64,000 nt of DNA from Vezdaea acicularis (taxonomy: Eukaryota): positions 1-64,000 of the forward strand of contig JAPEUI010000057.1 of the NCBI GenBank assembly GCA_026025075.1, given 5' to 3'. Positions 12,715-26,127 of this stretch are shown one piece after another. The notes beneath the pieces are model-generated. The model was not told the DNA's origin. It did no database searches and saw nothing but the letters and a program-made list of their open reading frames with translations. A program made the position numbers and the translations under genes. Each line of letters opens with the position of its first letter. The first letter of the stretch is position 1.

Positions 12715-13593
12715 TTAATTGGTTGTCGTTTTCGGGATTTGAAACACCTTCGAATGCTAGTCAGGTTTCTGATGGCATTCACAAAGGTGAGACTTACCAT
12801 ATCATACCACCCACCTCCACCAAACTGGGCTTCACTTTTACCAAGACTTTGAAAGCCAAATGTTTCATAGTATGGTACAAGATAATCGTGAGCGATCAGT
12901 GCAACCCTGTCAGCAATCTCGGATGACCCGATCCGCTGTAAATAAGATTGAAGGATGACCGTTCCGAGCCCTATTCTCTGGTACATAGGAAGCACGGCAA
13001 GTGAGTGGACGCCAACAGTGCGTCCAGCCTCATGATGACCAAGATTCGTAGGATTCGGCTTTTCCGATTGCCAGTCCGATGGAAACCCCATAGCAACATC
13101 TGTTATCACCTTGGTGAGACATTTCGTAGCAATAACATGAGCCAGAAGAACCTCTTTTGCTTTCAAATCATTTGAGTCTGGAAAGGCAGCATGGGCCGCA
13201 GTTGCAGTATTCGTTAAAGCGGGGTCCTTAATAGCGGTGGAGAACAGCCCTAATGACAATTCCCCACATTTTGTAAGCCGGTAGATAAACTGCAGTGGGT
13301 TAGCGACTCTATGATCATGAATCTTGCTATGAAGATGGATATGCCTTCTCTTTAGTACTCCTTTCATTAGGAGGAAAGGCTAACGCTTCCAAGCTATGGC
13401 AGCTTTCCACGTCAGCTAAGGTCAAGGGACGAACGTAAGGATGCAATGCATTTCGCTTCTCTGCGCTTCCATCTCTGTCTGTATGTCGACTGTATGCTGA
13501 CGCTTCATCCTCGGAACTAAGATCGGGTTGAGGGAGACCAGCAGGCAAAGAACCCATTCTTGAGTCGACACTGGAAGTTTTTTCTGTGTCCAT
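12715..13593 (-). CDS. GNAT acetyltransferase (polyamine acetyltransferase Paa1-like)
   Basis: YVRPLT...LEALAFPPNER, FIYRLTKCGEL, VHSLAVLPMYQRIGLG (acetyl-CoA motif A), YYETFGF; two introns, the first apparently GC-AG. Confidence 0.85.
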
Positions 13594-14458
13594 AAGGGCT
13601 ATACTTCTGCTGTAGTGATATGTCAAGGAAGTCGACCGCTAAACAAATGTTACAACTAGGTTAATCATTGAGATGTTCAGTCATCCCGCATTGGGAACGG
13701 ATGTCGAATGAGTGTCACTGGTCATGAAAGCATTCCAAATCCGGGCTTGGATAATGGTACTAGCTCGTTGTCCTCGGGCTAGTAACTATCGATTGGTCCT
13801 GTGTGAATACTCGAGAAAAGTTTGAAATAAATCGGAATCAACATAAGCCTAGACGAGTTCTGGTCGGTTCTCATAGGCCGCTAAGGTGTCTTATAATTGG
13901 CCGTAGCGTTGCAGATTCCAAGGGACCAATCTGGATGCAGAATTTCCTGCAGCCAATCCAAGAGGCAGCAATCGAAGGCGGGGACAGGACGGGAGCGAAC
14001 GTGGCATATGCAGTCCCGCGTTTCTGGAAGACCACTCGACCACTAACCCGTGGCGTCAGATTTTGACGGTCGCAACTAATGTGTTATTCACGGAGACTTC
14101 CACAGCCTTCTAAAGCTTCCAAAGGCATCTGGGATTCGCTTAGTCAATGCAGGGACTCGTCATTAGCATCTACTGCCTCATAAGGCTGGAGACCTCGAAT
14201 TATGTCAGCCTAACCGTGGCGGAAGGTCGGAAACACAATACTTACAGCAAGAGTTGTGCCTCGCAATTCAAGCGTATTCTAAATAGCTCCTGTAGTCTGC
14301 GGTACTCAATCCTGTCTTCAGTAGTCCCTACTAAGCCAACGCCACTTGTGTCTTAATCCTTCATATACCACTCACCCACCTACTTCGTTCACAGTAAGCA
14401 CGACACATCACAAGACAGAACACGAGCCCAGAAAGACTTCTGAGGGTCACTTGACAGG

Positions 14459-15962
14459 ATGTAAGCCAAGAATCAACAGAGACCTGATTCGGTCAACTTT
14501 CGGTGTGGCGATTAATTTCCATATAACAGGCGTGTGACTATTTCTATAACGGCTCCGGAGGCTTCGCAAGGGCAGGATCTCCTGACCCTCGACCTTTACC
14601 CTGAGCTCACAGTTGCTGGACTCAAAGAACTTATAAAGAGTGATACGAACTTTTCGCCAGCGTCCCAGCACTTGTACCACAATGGGGAGCTTATGACGGA
14701 CGGTAAAACGCTAGCGGATCTACGGATCGTGGAAGGGGACATGCTTGCAATGCATGTGCGTGATATGAGCGGGCAGGCCCCTATCGCCGCAGGGGGAAGG
14801 CCCGCAGCCAACCCTCGTCAACAACAACAGCAACCTCGACGAAGCCAAGGGGGTAGGAGAGGGCCGGAAGAGCCTGACCCAGAGACTATTCGCTTGCAGA
14901 TTCTCGGAAACGCACGAATGCGCACGGAAGTACAAAATCAGAACCCAGAGCTGGCATCCGCCATTGAGAATCCAGAGAGGTTCCGGGCAATCTTTCGTGA
15001 GCTACAACGGCATCAGAATGAAGCTGAACGCGCTCGAGAATTGGAGATCGCTAGGCTTAACGACAACCCCTTTGATCTTGAAGCACAGGCGAAAATTGCA
15101 GAGATCATCAGAAACGAGAGAGTTATGGAAAATTTACAGTATGCTATGGAACACAATTCCGAAGGTAAATATATTCAGTCATTGCTATGGAACTAGCGCT
15201 GACAGATTTATAGTATTTGGTAGGGTGAACATGCTTTACATTGATAGCGAAATCAACGGGCATAAAGTAAAAGCTTTTGTTGATTCCGGAGCTCAAGCGA
15301 CCATCATGTCACCTTCATGCGCCGAGGCATGTGGAATTATGCGGCTTATCGATAAGCGCTACTCTGGAATTGCGAAAGGGGTTGGGACTGCAAAAATCCT
15401 AGGGCGGGTTCACGCAGCACAGATTAAGATCGGCTCCCTCTACCTTGCAGCTAGCTTCACGGTTATGGAAGGTAAAGACGTAGACCTCCTTTTAGGTCTC
15501 GACATGCTCAAGAGGCATCAGGCGCTAATTGATCTCCGCCGAGACAAGTTGGTAATAGGGGATGTAGAAGTCCCGTTCTTGGGAGAGTCGGAGATACCAA
15601 AGCTGGAGGCTGAAGAACCTACCGTGGAGGGTCCTGGGGGCACCTCAGTTGGGGGCAGGACGGGTGCCATACACCAGCCGTCTGAGACGACGTCCGCAGC
15701 GCAGAGCGTTGCGGGTGGAACCATGCCGGCAACTCACCCAGCAATGGCATCGTCTTCGACAGGTGCGCCACATGTACAACCTGCTGCAGTCGATCGAGCT
15801 CCTCCAGGACGTCCGCAGCAGCCTTCCGGCTCGACGAACGCATCGCCCGAAGCTGTCAATCAGCTTGTTGGAATGGGCTTCTCGCGCGAAGAAGCAGTTG
15901 CCGCATTGCAGGCGACTGGAGGTAACGTTGATTATGCCGCAGGTCTCCTCTTCGGTGATTAA
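14459..15962 (+). CDS. DDI1: DNA damage-inducible aspartic protease Ddi1 (UBL-RVP-UBA)
   Basis: UBL N-terminus, retroviral-like protease [40 protein letters not shown]; start ATG appears split by intron 14461-14529. Confidence 0.93.
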
Positions 15963-16171
15963 AGAAAGATGCAGTTTTCAGCAGATTATCATCAGCAATA
16001 CCTAGTCGATGATACATAAGTGATAACAGCACCAGGCGTGCCTTGGGAAATCATGTGCCGCGCATCTATTGCACTTGGGCTCATTAAGGGGAGGCATATA
16101 TAGATAATTCAGCTACTAATGACACATGTCTTATTTTCATCATCTGAGACAAGCTATATTGAAATGTGCCA

Positions 16172-17773
16172 CTATCTGAGTTTGTATACACACGGCTTCA
16201 GGACTGCTCCTTCATTGATCTCTTCCTTGTCTTCTTCCACAAACTTCTTCTTAAGCTTTCCAACGGCACGAGCAGCCCCTTCCTGTCGGATCGGGACGCC
16301 CTTTCCCTTGACGGGCGTCAAGGCCTTCTGGAAGTTTAGCTTCACGAACATCTTGTTACTCAGGTCGACGCCATTGCCTCCCGCCTGCAAAACAAAGCCC
16401 CGTAGCCTTAGAACTTCGACAAATGCCGACACATCGGTATCCTGTTTATTCGGCACCTGGCCGTCCACCTCTACCGCAAGGTCTGCTTCGAAGGCCTCCT
16501 CTTCGACTTGCTTCGCATTGCCCTTGACAGGTTTCTTCTTGTTCCCCACACTGTGATCCACTCGGCCCTTCTGTATTCGGCCGAAGCGACTCTTGATCTC
16601 CGCCACCCATAGCTCCCCTTTCCACCTCAGGATGCGGAAAGCTTCCTCGATGAAGTCAACCCAATTTGTACCCATCAGCGCAAGGCAGAATATGGCGATG
16701 TCTACGGTTCCGTCCTTAAGCGGCAGCTTCGCGATATCTGCCCTTGTGACGAACGAATTTGGTGATTGAAGGTCATAAGACTTTATCTCAAGTTTGAGTT
16801 TCCTCTTAGAACCTGCCATTTCTTGCGATATTTTTGCATCGCCGCATCCTAGATCCACGGCGGTGCACCACCCATTGGTCCTCGGCAACGGCGTGAGCAT
16901 CATATTTGGTCTCTCGTCTCCAGTCGCCGGGTTTCCGACATTCTCTAGGACCCTTTTGCCAGGCGCACCTAGCTTCCCCCTCGCCTGAAGTGTCCGTATA
17001 TAGCTCTCGACTGGGTTTTCAGGCCACACCTTAATTTGCCGCCTGAACCCCTCATGGTACTCCTCGAACATCTCTGGATTCTCATCGAAAAGGGAGAAGG
17101 AATCGGCAGAAGGGGTAGTGTAAAGAGTCTGATTCAGGTACCGAAAGCGAGAGGATGTAAGCTTCTGCCGCATCGAGGCCTGGAGCGGTGTGAGTTGTAC
17201 ACCAGCGTCAATTGATTGCACAGTTATGGGTTTTGTTGGCTCGACTGCAGTCTGCCCTGATAGAGAGGATCGTTTGGGCGGAAGCTCGCCATTTGCTTGG
17301 CGACGGGCTTTGGACGCCTGCTGCCCCTCCTTGTCGAGTTTACGCCTGTCGTATCTAGCTTTTGAGGACTGCAGCTCATGTCGAGAGCTAGGATCGGAGA
17401 CCAGAGGCTTGTGTTGTCCAGTGGGGCCTGAACTATCGGCTTTGCTTGAGCTAGTATCCCCATCATTGCGTTTTTCGTCGTTTTCCTCCTTGGTCTTCTT
17501 TCGTCGCTTTCTCTCGCTGGTGGAGAAGTTTGATGTGCCATTGCTCTTTCGTACTGGTGGTTCCTTTCCCTCAATCACTCTTTCCCAAAGCGCTCCAAAA
17601 TTCTCGGATGTTACTGATGGTCGCTGTGAGTTGTCCCTGCTTCGTTTTCGGCCTTTTGGAGGTTCTGGAGCTAGGCCACTCGGTTGCCTTTTGCCGCTGC
17701 TTATGGCATTCGACGAGGAGGTCTCTGTCTTGAGGGAGTTGGCTGAGAGAGACCAGCCCGGTACGGCAAACAT
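16172..17773 (-). CDS. RRP8: 25S rRNA adenine-N1 methyltransferase Rrp8
   Basis: Single ORF; KLTSSRFRYLNQTLYT, YHEGFRRQ.KVWPENP, DLGCGDA, FCLALMGTNW, LKPCVYKLR. Confidence 0.95.
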   Translation of the reverse strand: MFAVPGWSLSANSLKTETSSSNAISSGKRQPSGLAPEPPKGRKRSRDNSQRPSVTSENFGALWERVIEGKEPPVRKSNGTSNFSTSERKRRKKTKEENDEKRNDGDTSSSKADSSGPTGQHKPLVSDPSSRHELQSSKARYDRRKLDKEGQQASKARRQANGELPPKRSSLSGQTAVEPTKPITVQSIDAGVQLTPLQASMRQKLTSSRFRYLNQTLYTTPSADSFSLFDENPEMFEEYHEGFRRQIKVWPENPVESYIRTLQARGKLGAPGKRVLENVGNPATGDERPNMMLTPLPRTNGWCTAVDLGCGDAKISQEMAGSKRKLKLEIKSYDLQSPNSFVTRADIAKLPLKDGTVDIAIFCLALMGTNWVDFIEEAFRILRWKGELWVAEIKSRFGRIQKGRVDHSVGNKKKPVKGNAKQVEEEAFEADLAVEVDGQVPNKQDTDVSAFVEVLRLRGFVLQAGGNGVDLSNKMFVKLNFQKALTPVKGKGVPIRQEGAARAVGKLKKKFVEEDKEEINEGAVLKPCVYKLR

Positions 17774-19137
17774 CTTAGCGTCGGATGTATTTCCGATAAC
17801 GGGTCAGAATACACTGCATGGTGGTGCCCGATGATCAGTCCATAGCTTGTTCATCACTCACGGCCGTTCTCTTTTCCCTCGCGTATGTGGGATAGGTTGA
17901 AAAGCAATAAATGGCCGCCTGTCAGAAAAACTTAGCGAGCGGCCGCTCAGACGCTGGAAAGTTGATCGAGCTACTGCTTGAAAGCGGCTATTTATCTGTA
18001 ATGCGCCATGATCACGCCTGCCCAACAAGTCGGTGCATAAGCTGTTATCTCCAAAAACAATTCGTGCCATAATCCGAGGGCTCAACCCTGACGTGTCCCA
18101 GGGATAACAGCTGCCGCGCTTACATCGGCGGTTCGGCACCAGTTTCTTCCGTTCCGGCAGGCTCTCACCCAGACGACCGGCACTCGGTGCCCCCCCCCCT
18201 GGTGGCTTAATTGATGATTATGGTGAAATGCCCGCTCGTCCAGAACAGCTCTCTCTACTAAAGTGGTTAAATTCTCCAATCAGCAGGGCAGCCAGAGAGC
18301 TCGGACTGCGCTCCTTCAAGAGCTTTATCATCTGCTGTTCAACGGCACCGGACCAAGGGCTGGTACGTCACCAGGGCTCGCAGGCTCTCCCACTCCACGT
18401 TCATGCCCACTGGCCCAATGCAAGTGAAAGGTCTAATGTAGTGCATGGCAAGGTCTCAACGCGCTCTTCGCCGTTCGTCGGAGGGTGGCCCTTCCCCGGC
18501 GGAGCGGCCGAATATGCCGCCGCTGGAGGGTTCAATGTTAATGCATTTCGGAGGCGTGTGGTGATATCGGTTTGTTCCGTCGACCCGCCTGGCCCGTGAA
18601 GAGACGGAGAGGGAGACACCGCGCTCGCTGCGCTCGCTGCGGTCGACGTCCCCCCCACATCCGCCTGCACGGATCCCACCAGCTCCCGCACTGCCTCCCG
18701 CTGCTGTCCATACACTTCCCACCTTGCTTCTTAGTCGTCCTGTTTCTTTTCCCACTGGCCTCATGCGCATACCACAATTGATTTTGCGCCCTCGTTCCCA
18801 GCCGAATTACAAGCTGCTCGTGTCGTCTCCTGAATATCGGTCCTCGGCTCTGACATGTACCGTGCGTAGCTTGCCCTGCGCCTCTTTCTGACCTCTCTGG
18901 GCCCGTTTCGCCGTCTTATAACATGAGTCTTTCTCATCTTGCAAGCTTCTCACGTTTTGATATCTCTTCAGGAAGCAATCGGTCATTTTTCACACATGCT
19001 GCGCATGACTTTTCTATCATATTGCGCCCCTGCACGCATCTCGGTGCGATTATACCAAAAAGTTTGACGGCCTCTATTCCTTGTCCTACCTTGTCTGCTA
19101 CAGTAGGATCGGGCCTCGAGGGCTCACGGCCTGGGCA

Positions 19138-22100
19138 ATGAGCTCGGGACGGCGAAAGTCGGACCCAGTCGTCACGGAGTCGCAGGGAGGGAAGAAATCA
19201 GAGGAACCCACTAGTGCAGCTCGTGCCACTGGCGATGGGTCCGTATCAAGTGCAAAGCTTTCTCGAAAGAGGACAAAAACCGGTTGCCTCAGTGAGCTCG
19301 ATCCCATGATCACTTCAAAGGAATAAATTGGTGACTAACCGATCAAGCTTGTCGTCGGCGGCGAATTAAATGTGGCGAAGAACGGCCTATTTGTACTAAT
19401 TGCGTCAAGTCAAAGCGACAATGTGAAGGCTACAACCAGCGCGTTGTATTCAAAGATCCCAGCAGTGCCTTTCGGACCGGGCCAGGTGCCACTCTATCTG
19501 ATGTCGACGCGACCTTACCATTTGAACTGGCCGGTTCCTCGAGTGAATTCTTGGCCCTCCCCTTTGAACAAGGTCCAACACTGATAACTAGCACTCAGGC
19601 GCCTCTCGCACCCCTGGCACCGAAGCCAAGAAAACAACATGCGATAGGAACTGAGGTGCCCCTGGAGTACATGCCAATAGGGGACAATGGGTCGGCCGCT
19701 ATGTCTGCTAAGACTGACTCTGGAGCGGCCAGTCTCCCGAATCTAGCCTTGTCGAGTACCAAAGACCAACGCGAATTGACTAGTGGTTTGCGGAATCTAC
19801 AAGGCTGGGCTGACCAAGGAGGAATTAAAGCTGATTCGCTGAACCCCACGCCTTGGCAGAACGATCAGGTCAATGAATCGTGGAACGCTAGCTGGGACCC
19901 TCATTCTCAAGCCAACATACCCAGAAACCGACACTCGTATGATTCCTCTATTTACCCTCTGCATCGACATGATCATCCGGCAACTCCAATATTTCGTGAA
20001 CATGCAAATCGAGGCAATGAAGTTCCCCTTAATACGGAGCAGGAAATCCTGCAAATTGACTCTGACGATGATATGGACAATCTTTCACCAGGAAACGAAG
20101 AGGATCCAAGTACAGAAGCAAGCCCTAATCCTAGTGCCTTGGTCAAGTTGCAAGCCCAGCAGAGTAATCACGGTGTGCGATCTTTGACTGATTTTCTTGA
20201 TGAGCCAAACGTTCTTGCGACTTACAGACCTTCGGCGTCAACTTCCCCCCTTATGGATCCCAAGACCGCGAGAATATTTTGGCATTTTGTCACGGCAACT
20301 GCGCCTAGCCTTTCAATTTTCGAAAGGCACCCAGCCAATCCTTCTATCCTTTTCAGTGGCTCTCCAATACCAAATGCCCAGCGAAGCCTGTGGACATATA
20401 CACTACCAACTTTTGCTCTGAGCAGCCCTCCACTGCTTCAGGCTATGCTTGCTTGCTCGTGTCTACACATTGCAAGGCTACAAGGAGGGAGTATTCTCCC
20501 TTCGCTCAAGCACTACCATATGGCCATAAAGCGAGTCGCCAAGTACGTAAGCTTGCCAGGCCGGCGTAATGGAATCGATGTGCTCGCCGCAACTCTATTG
20601 CTGGGATATTGGGAAGTCATGAGTGCAGAGTTAGTTCTCCAGGTTTTGTATTAAAGGCAAAAGTTGGCTAAGAAATAAGCAGACATCAGAAATGGAATAG
20701 CCATCTACTGGGGGCCCGTCAACTTCTTATAGAAGCGAATCTTGCCGGCAGGACTGCACGTTACAAGGCGTTCTGGAGAAAGCGAAGAATGAAGCAAGGC
20801 AACCCGACACACGATCAAACTTATAACCTCTGGGGAGAGGGCGATGTTGCCGACGACATACCTGATTTCTGTTGGGATGGTGACTCACCTAGTGATAGAG
20901 GCAATGATACTTTTGTGAAGGTTTTTACCGGGTATGACCCAGCCTACAGAAATTCAGAGCTGGCTTCACAAGATGATGGCGTTGAATGGACGGGTAAAGA
21001 TGTGGAAGACTTTGAGACTCGCCGCGATCTCTTTTGGTGGTTTGCAAAACAAGATGTTTACCAAAGTATCGTGAGTAGTAACCCGCTACTGTAAGTAGTC
21101 CGGACTTCTCATCAAGACTGGTACTAATAGCCGTATGAAAGGCTTGATTATTCTCGCTGGACTGACTGCCCACCTCGAGCACCAATGGGGAGACTCGAAG
21201 CACCGTACGGGACTTACGATCATTTGATGCTACTAATGGGCCGACTAGCAACTTTTGCCGCGAAAGACGGGAAACGCAAACGGAAGGCATTCGAAGCTTC
21301 TATGGCGCGGAGTATAGTTAAACAAGACATTAGCCCTGGCCAAAATCCTCAGCAGTCTGGCATGCCTCATATGCCGCAGATGCCCCAGATGTATGGAATG
21401 ATTCCTCCCACTGCCCCAGCCGAGATGCCCAAAGCCTTTCGCGAGAGCTACATGTCCTCGCCTGCCAGTAGTCAAGAGGATATTGAGAATGAAGTTGCAG
21501 TGGCAGAAGCGGAGGCAGAATGGACCTCAATCATGCAAGCACTTCAAATCTTCCAGGCAAATGTCGGGCCGGAATTCCAGCCGCTTGCTTCGGAGTACCA
21601 ACGACCATTGGCGACACCATTCGGCCCAGCCTTGTTCTTCAAGACTTACAGCATTGCTTGCATCTGGCAGATGTACTACACGGCGCTCATCGTCCTCCAT
21701 CGGGTTCATCCTTCCATGCCGCCTGCGGCAATGATGGCCGTTGGTGCCGCAGCGCGGCAGACCGGCCATTTTGCTAACGAGGTTGGCCGGATCACCGCGG
21801 GCCTGACCCCGACCACTTCAAGCGGCATCATAAGCCCTTCACTTGCTCCAGCTCTATTGGAATCATGTCTCGCCCTCTTCTTCGCTGGGGTCCAGTATCA
21901 GGACCCCGCGCAACGCGGCTGGGCGGTAACTTACTTACGAATGGTTGGTGAGAAGACCGGATGGCAGAGTGCCTTTACGATCGCGTCTGGCTGTGAGATA
22001 GCTTGGGAGAGGACAGGCCGAATGGGCAAGGGCCCGCAATATTCGAGAACAGTGAAGGATTACCCACAGGACGAGAGGATCGGCCATATACAGCCAGACC

Positions 22101-22228
22101 TAGCGGTGCCGCCGCAAGACAACAACGACCGAAGACTGATCGCGACAAACGCAGGGACAAGAGTACATTGGGCAGTGGGTATTTTAGGGGTTGAGGAGGA
22201 TTTATCGTCGCTTTCGCTTGCGGATTGA
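19138..22228 (+). CDS. Zn(II)2Cys6 transcription factor with a fungal-specific TF (Fungal_trans_2-like) region
   Basis: RKRTKTGCL then, after an intron, CRRRRIKCGEERPICTNCVKSKRQCEGY; downstream HFVTATAPSLSIFER and LLGYWEVM; three introns. Confidence 0.9.
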
Positions 22229-22479
22229 TTCAAGGAGCCCTTTTGTTTAGAGATCCAGGATAGCAGTTGGATATGAAAATCCCATTAAGCAAGGCGTTTG
22301 GCGAAAGAAGGGGATTATTTATTAAACTTCACACAGATCAATCTCTGTGATGATCGCTCGCTTCAGAGTAATATAATATTAAAGATTTCACACCGTGAAG
22401 GAGCTCCGCTCCGATTCGGAGACGAAAATCTTGATCTAAATGAGGTAGACATGCACAACCTAGAGTAACGTATCATCCT

Positions 22480-23563
22480 CTATGATAGTTTCTTGGGGTC
22501 TCTCTCTTTTTTCTTCAGTGCCCTTGACCGGATAGACTCGTGCATGACCCTGTTTCGATCGATGACAAAACTGTTATATACGCCTAAGCAGGTCACTATC
22601 CACCAGTGCGCAATTCCATGGCTCCAGAACGGCGTGCTTGTGCTCGCCATACCCTGTGCCCCTCCACTTCTACCCACCTTTGACAACACACTCTTTACGA
22701 ATTTTTTAGGTGTTGGGATCATGATGGTAGGGCGCCTGATCTTACTCATCGCACTCGTGACCAGATAGCTGAGGACCAACTCCACCTGCACACCATGCGG
22801 CTTGAGCTCGCTCCCTAGAGCCGTGCTCCATTGCTGTAAGAAAGCCTTGCTGCCGGAATACGTCGCCAGTAGGGGGGTCGGAATGAAGCCACCAAACGAG
22901 CCCATGGTGAGGATCAATCCACGCTTGCGTTGTATCATACCCGCAGCGACAATCTGTGTGACACGCAATGTGCCGATGCAGTTAATTGTTACGATATCCA
23001 GCACTTCTTCCTTGGGCGTTAAGACAAAGGGGACGGGTATGTCATGGCTCTTCCCGACGTTGTTGACAAGCACGGCGATATCGAGACCGTCGACGAGCGC
23101 CTTCAGCTTCGCGTAGTCGGCGTCGTCATTGCGCGCAAAGTCCATGGCGAGAGTCTTCGCTTTAATGCCTTGAGCGGCATACCTGTTCTCAATGTCGTGA
23201 GCGAGCATCTGTAGCTTCGAGTCAGTCCGAGACACAAGGACAACATTGAAGCCGGCGGCGGCGAGTTGGACGGCATATTCTTTGCCGATGCCGTCTGAGG
23301 CGCCCGTAATAAGAGCCCAAGATCCTTTACGCCCATACTTTTGAAGCTATTAAGAAATGTTAAAATTATGGAACGTGGGACAGACAAGGGGCTTTAGGAT
23401 TTCTTACCGAGGTACCACGGAGGATGAACAAGCTGAAGATGAGGCGGATGTAGCTTAGGACGGGGCGCAAAATGGTAAGAAACCCGACGGCGGCGAATAT
23501 TGGAATGGCATATTTCGGCGCATAATCATTTAACACTCTCGTTAGTCGGTCGCTGTCTGCCAT
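22480..23563 (-). CDS. IFA38: Very-long-chain 3-oxoacyl-CoA reductase (SDR)
   Basis: N-terminal [23 protein letters not shown], catalytic [17 protein letters not shown]. Confidence 0.92.
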
Positions 23564-23858
23564 TCTGCTTGTTGATTATGTAGATTATATGTTCTCTTGC
23601 GGGTTTCTGTGAGCACAAGTAAGCTGTTGAGGAGCTCGCCAGTAGCGTTCAGGGTTGATACGCTAAGCTAAAGGGATACAAACCGAGCAAACGTCGGACA
23701 GAGGGCAACCGATTTCTATCGAAACTCCGGGGTCGCTATTTGGGAATTGCAAACTTTGAGCTTCGTGGCATCGCAGCTCGGATCTAGAAGCTCGTCCGCA
23801 GTCAAGGCTTATTCATACGTGGGGCAGATCTCCAAAATCATCTATCAGCACCTCGAGA

Positions 23859-24322
23859 ATGTCCGCCATTACAGATTTTCTCCCTGAACATGCTGGGTTG
23901 CTGCCAAAGTGGCTTCTATTCGTATGCTCCCTAAGCTTCTCCTCGCCATTGGCTTCATGCTAAATATGAACAAGGTATCAGTTATGGCCATGTCGAATTC
24001 TGTTCAAGCATACTTGACATTGCACTATACCAAGCAAGTCTATCTAGAAAATAAAGGCGAAGTCACTAAGCTATCATCGCGGACATTCGGAACATGGACT
24101 TTTCTCTCCGCCGTCATTCGATTCTATGGCGCGTACTACATCTCGAACCCTCAGATCTACCAGTTGACCTTCATAACCTATGTCGTGGCTGCTTTACATT
24201 TCGTGAGTGAATGGCGGGTTTACAAGACAGCGAGCTGGGGCAGGGGCTTGGCTGGGCCTATCATCGTGGCAAATGGCACTTTGATCTGGATGGTCGCTCA
24301 ACGGAATTTCTATGTATATTGA
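23859..24322 (+). CDS. ERG28: Ergosterol biosynthesis protein Erg28
   Basis: GLLPKWLLF exon; NSVQAY, LSSRTFGTWT, IRFYGAY, ALHFVSEW. Confidence 0.92.
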
Positions 24323-24486
24323 ACACGTTTTAATCCCATTTGTTGTGTTGGAGTACACCATGTCATGCATATTTAGACTGCTGAAGGGGGGCTCCAACAT
24401 AAGAGTGAGTTGAGCTCATTACTTCTCATGTGTGGAGGATCCGAAGAATCCTGTAATGTCGATTTGTACATAATCAAAGCTTACTC

Positions 24487-25815
<1,329 letters not shown>

Positions 25816-26127
25816 TCATAGAGGTTGAATTGAATTCAGGTACCTCGAGCTAAGCTCGGAAAGCAATCAGGATTCCCTGCTGTTTTGGCTAGGACGTTCC
25901 TGACCAGTGGCGCACGCCTCTTATCGATACGATTCGCTTAGCCCTGCGCATCTCGAAAAGATGTTTCTGCTCGGCATAAAGTGATCCTACCGACCCAAAC
26001 GAAAACAATTACCGTCTAGGGGCGCATATCTATTCACTAAGGCTCCAAACTCTCACATTGATTCTAGATAAGCTAGCGTAATTTTGCCTTATGATACTTA
26101 GAGGGTCGGTCCGGCTGAACTTGTCCC

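Noticed and set aside
18099..18110. CAGGGATAACAG, resembling an LSU rRNA / I-SceI site fragment
   Set aside because: Only 12 nt, and the flanks do not resemble rRNA.
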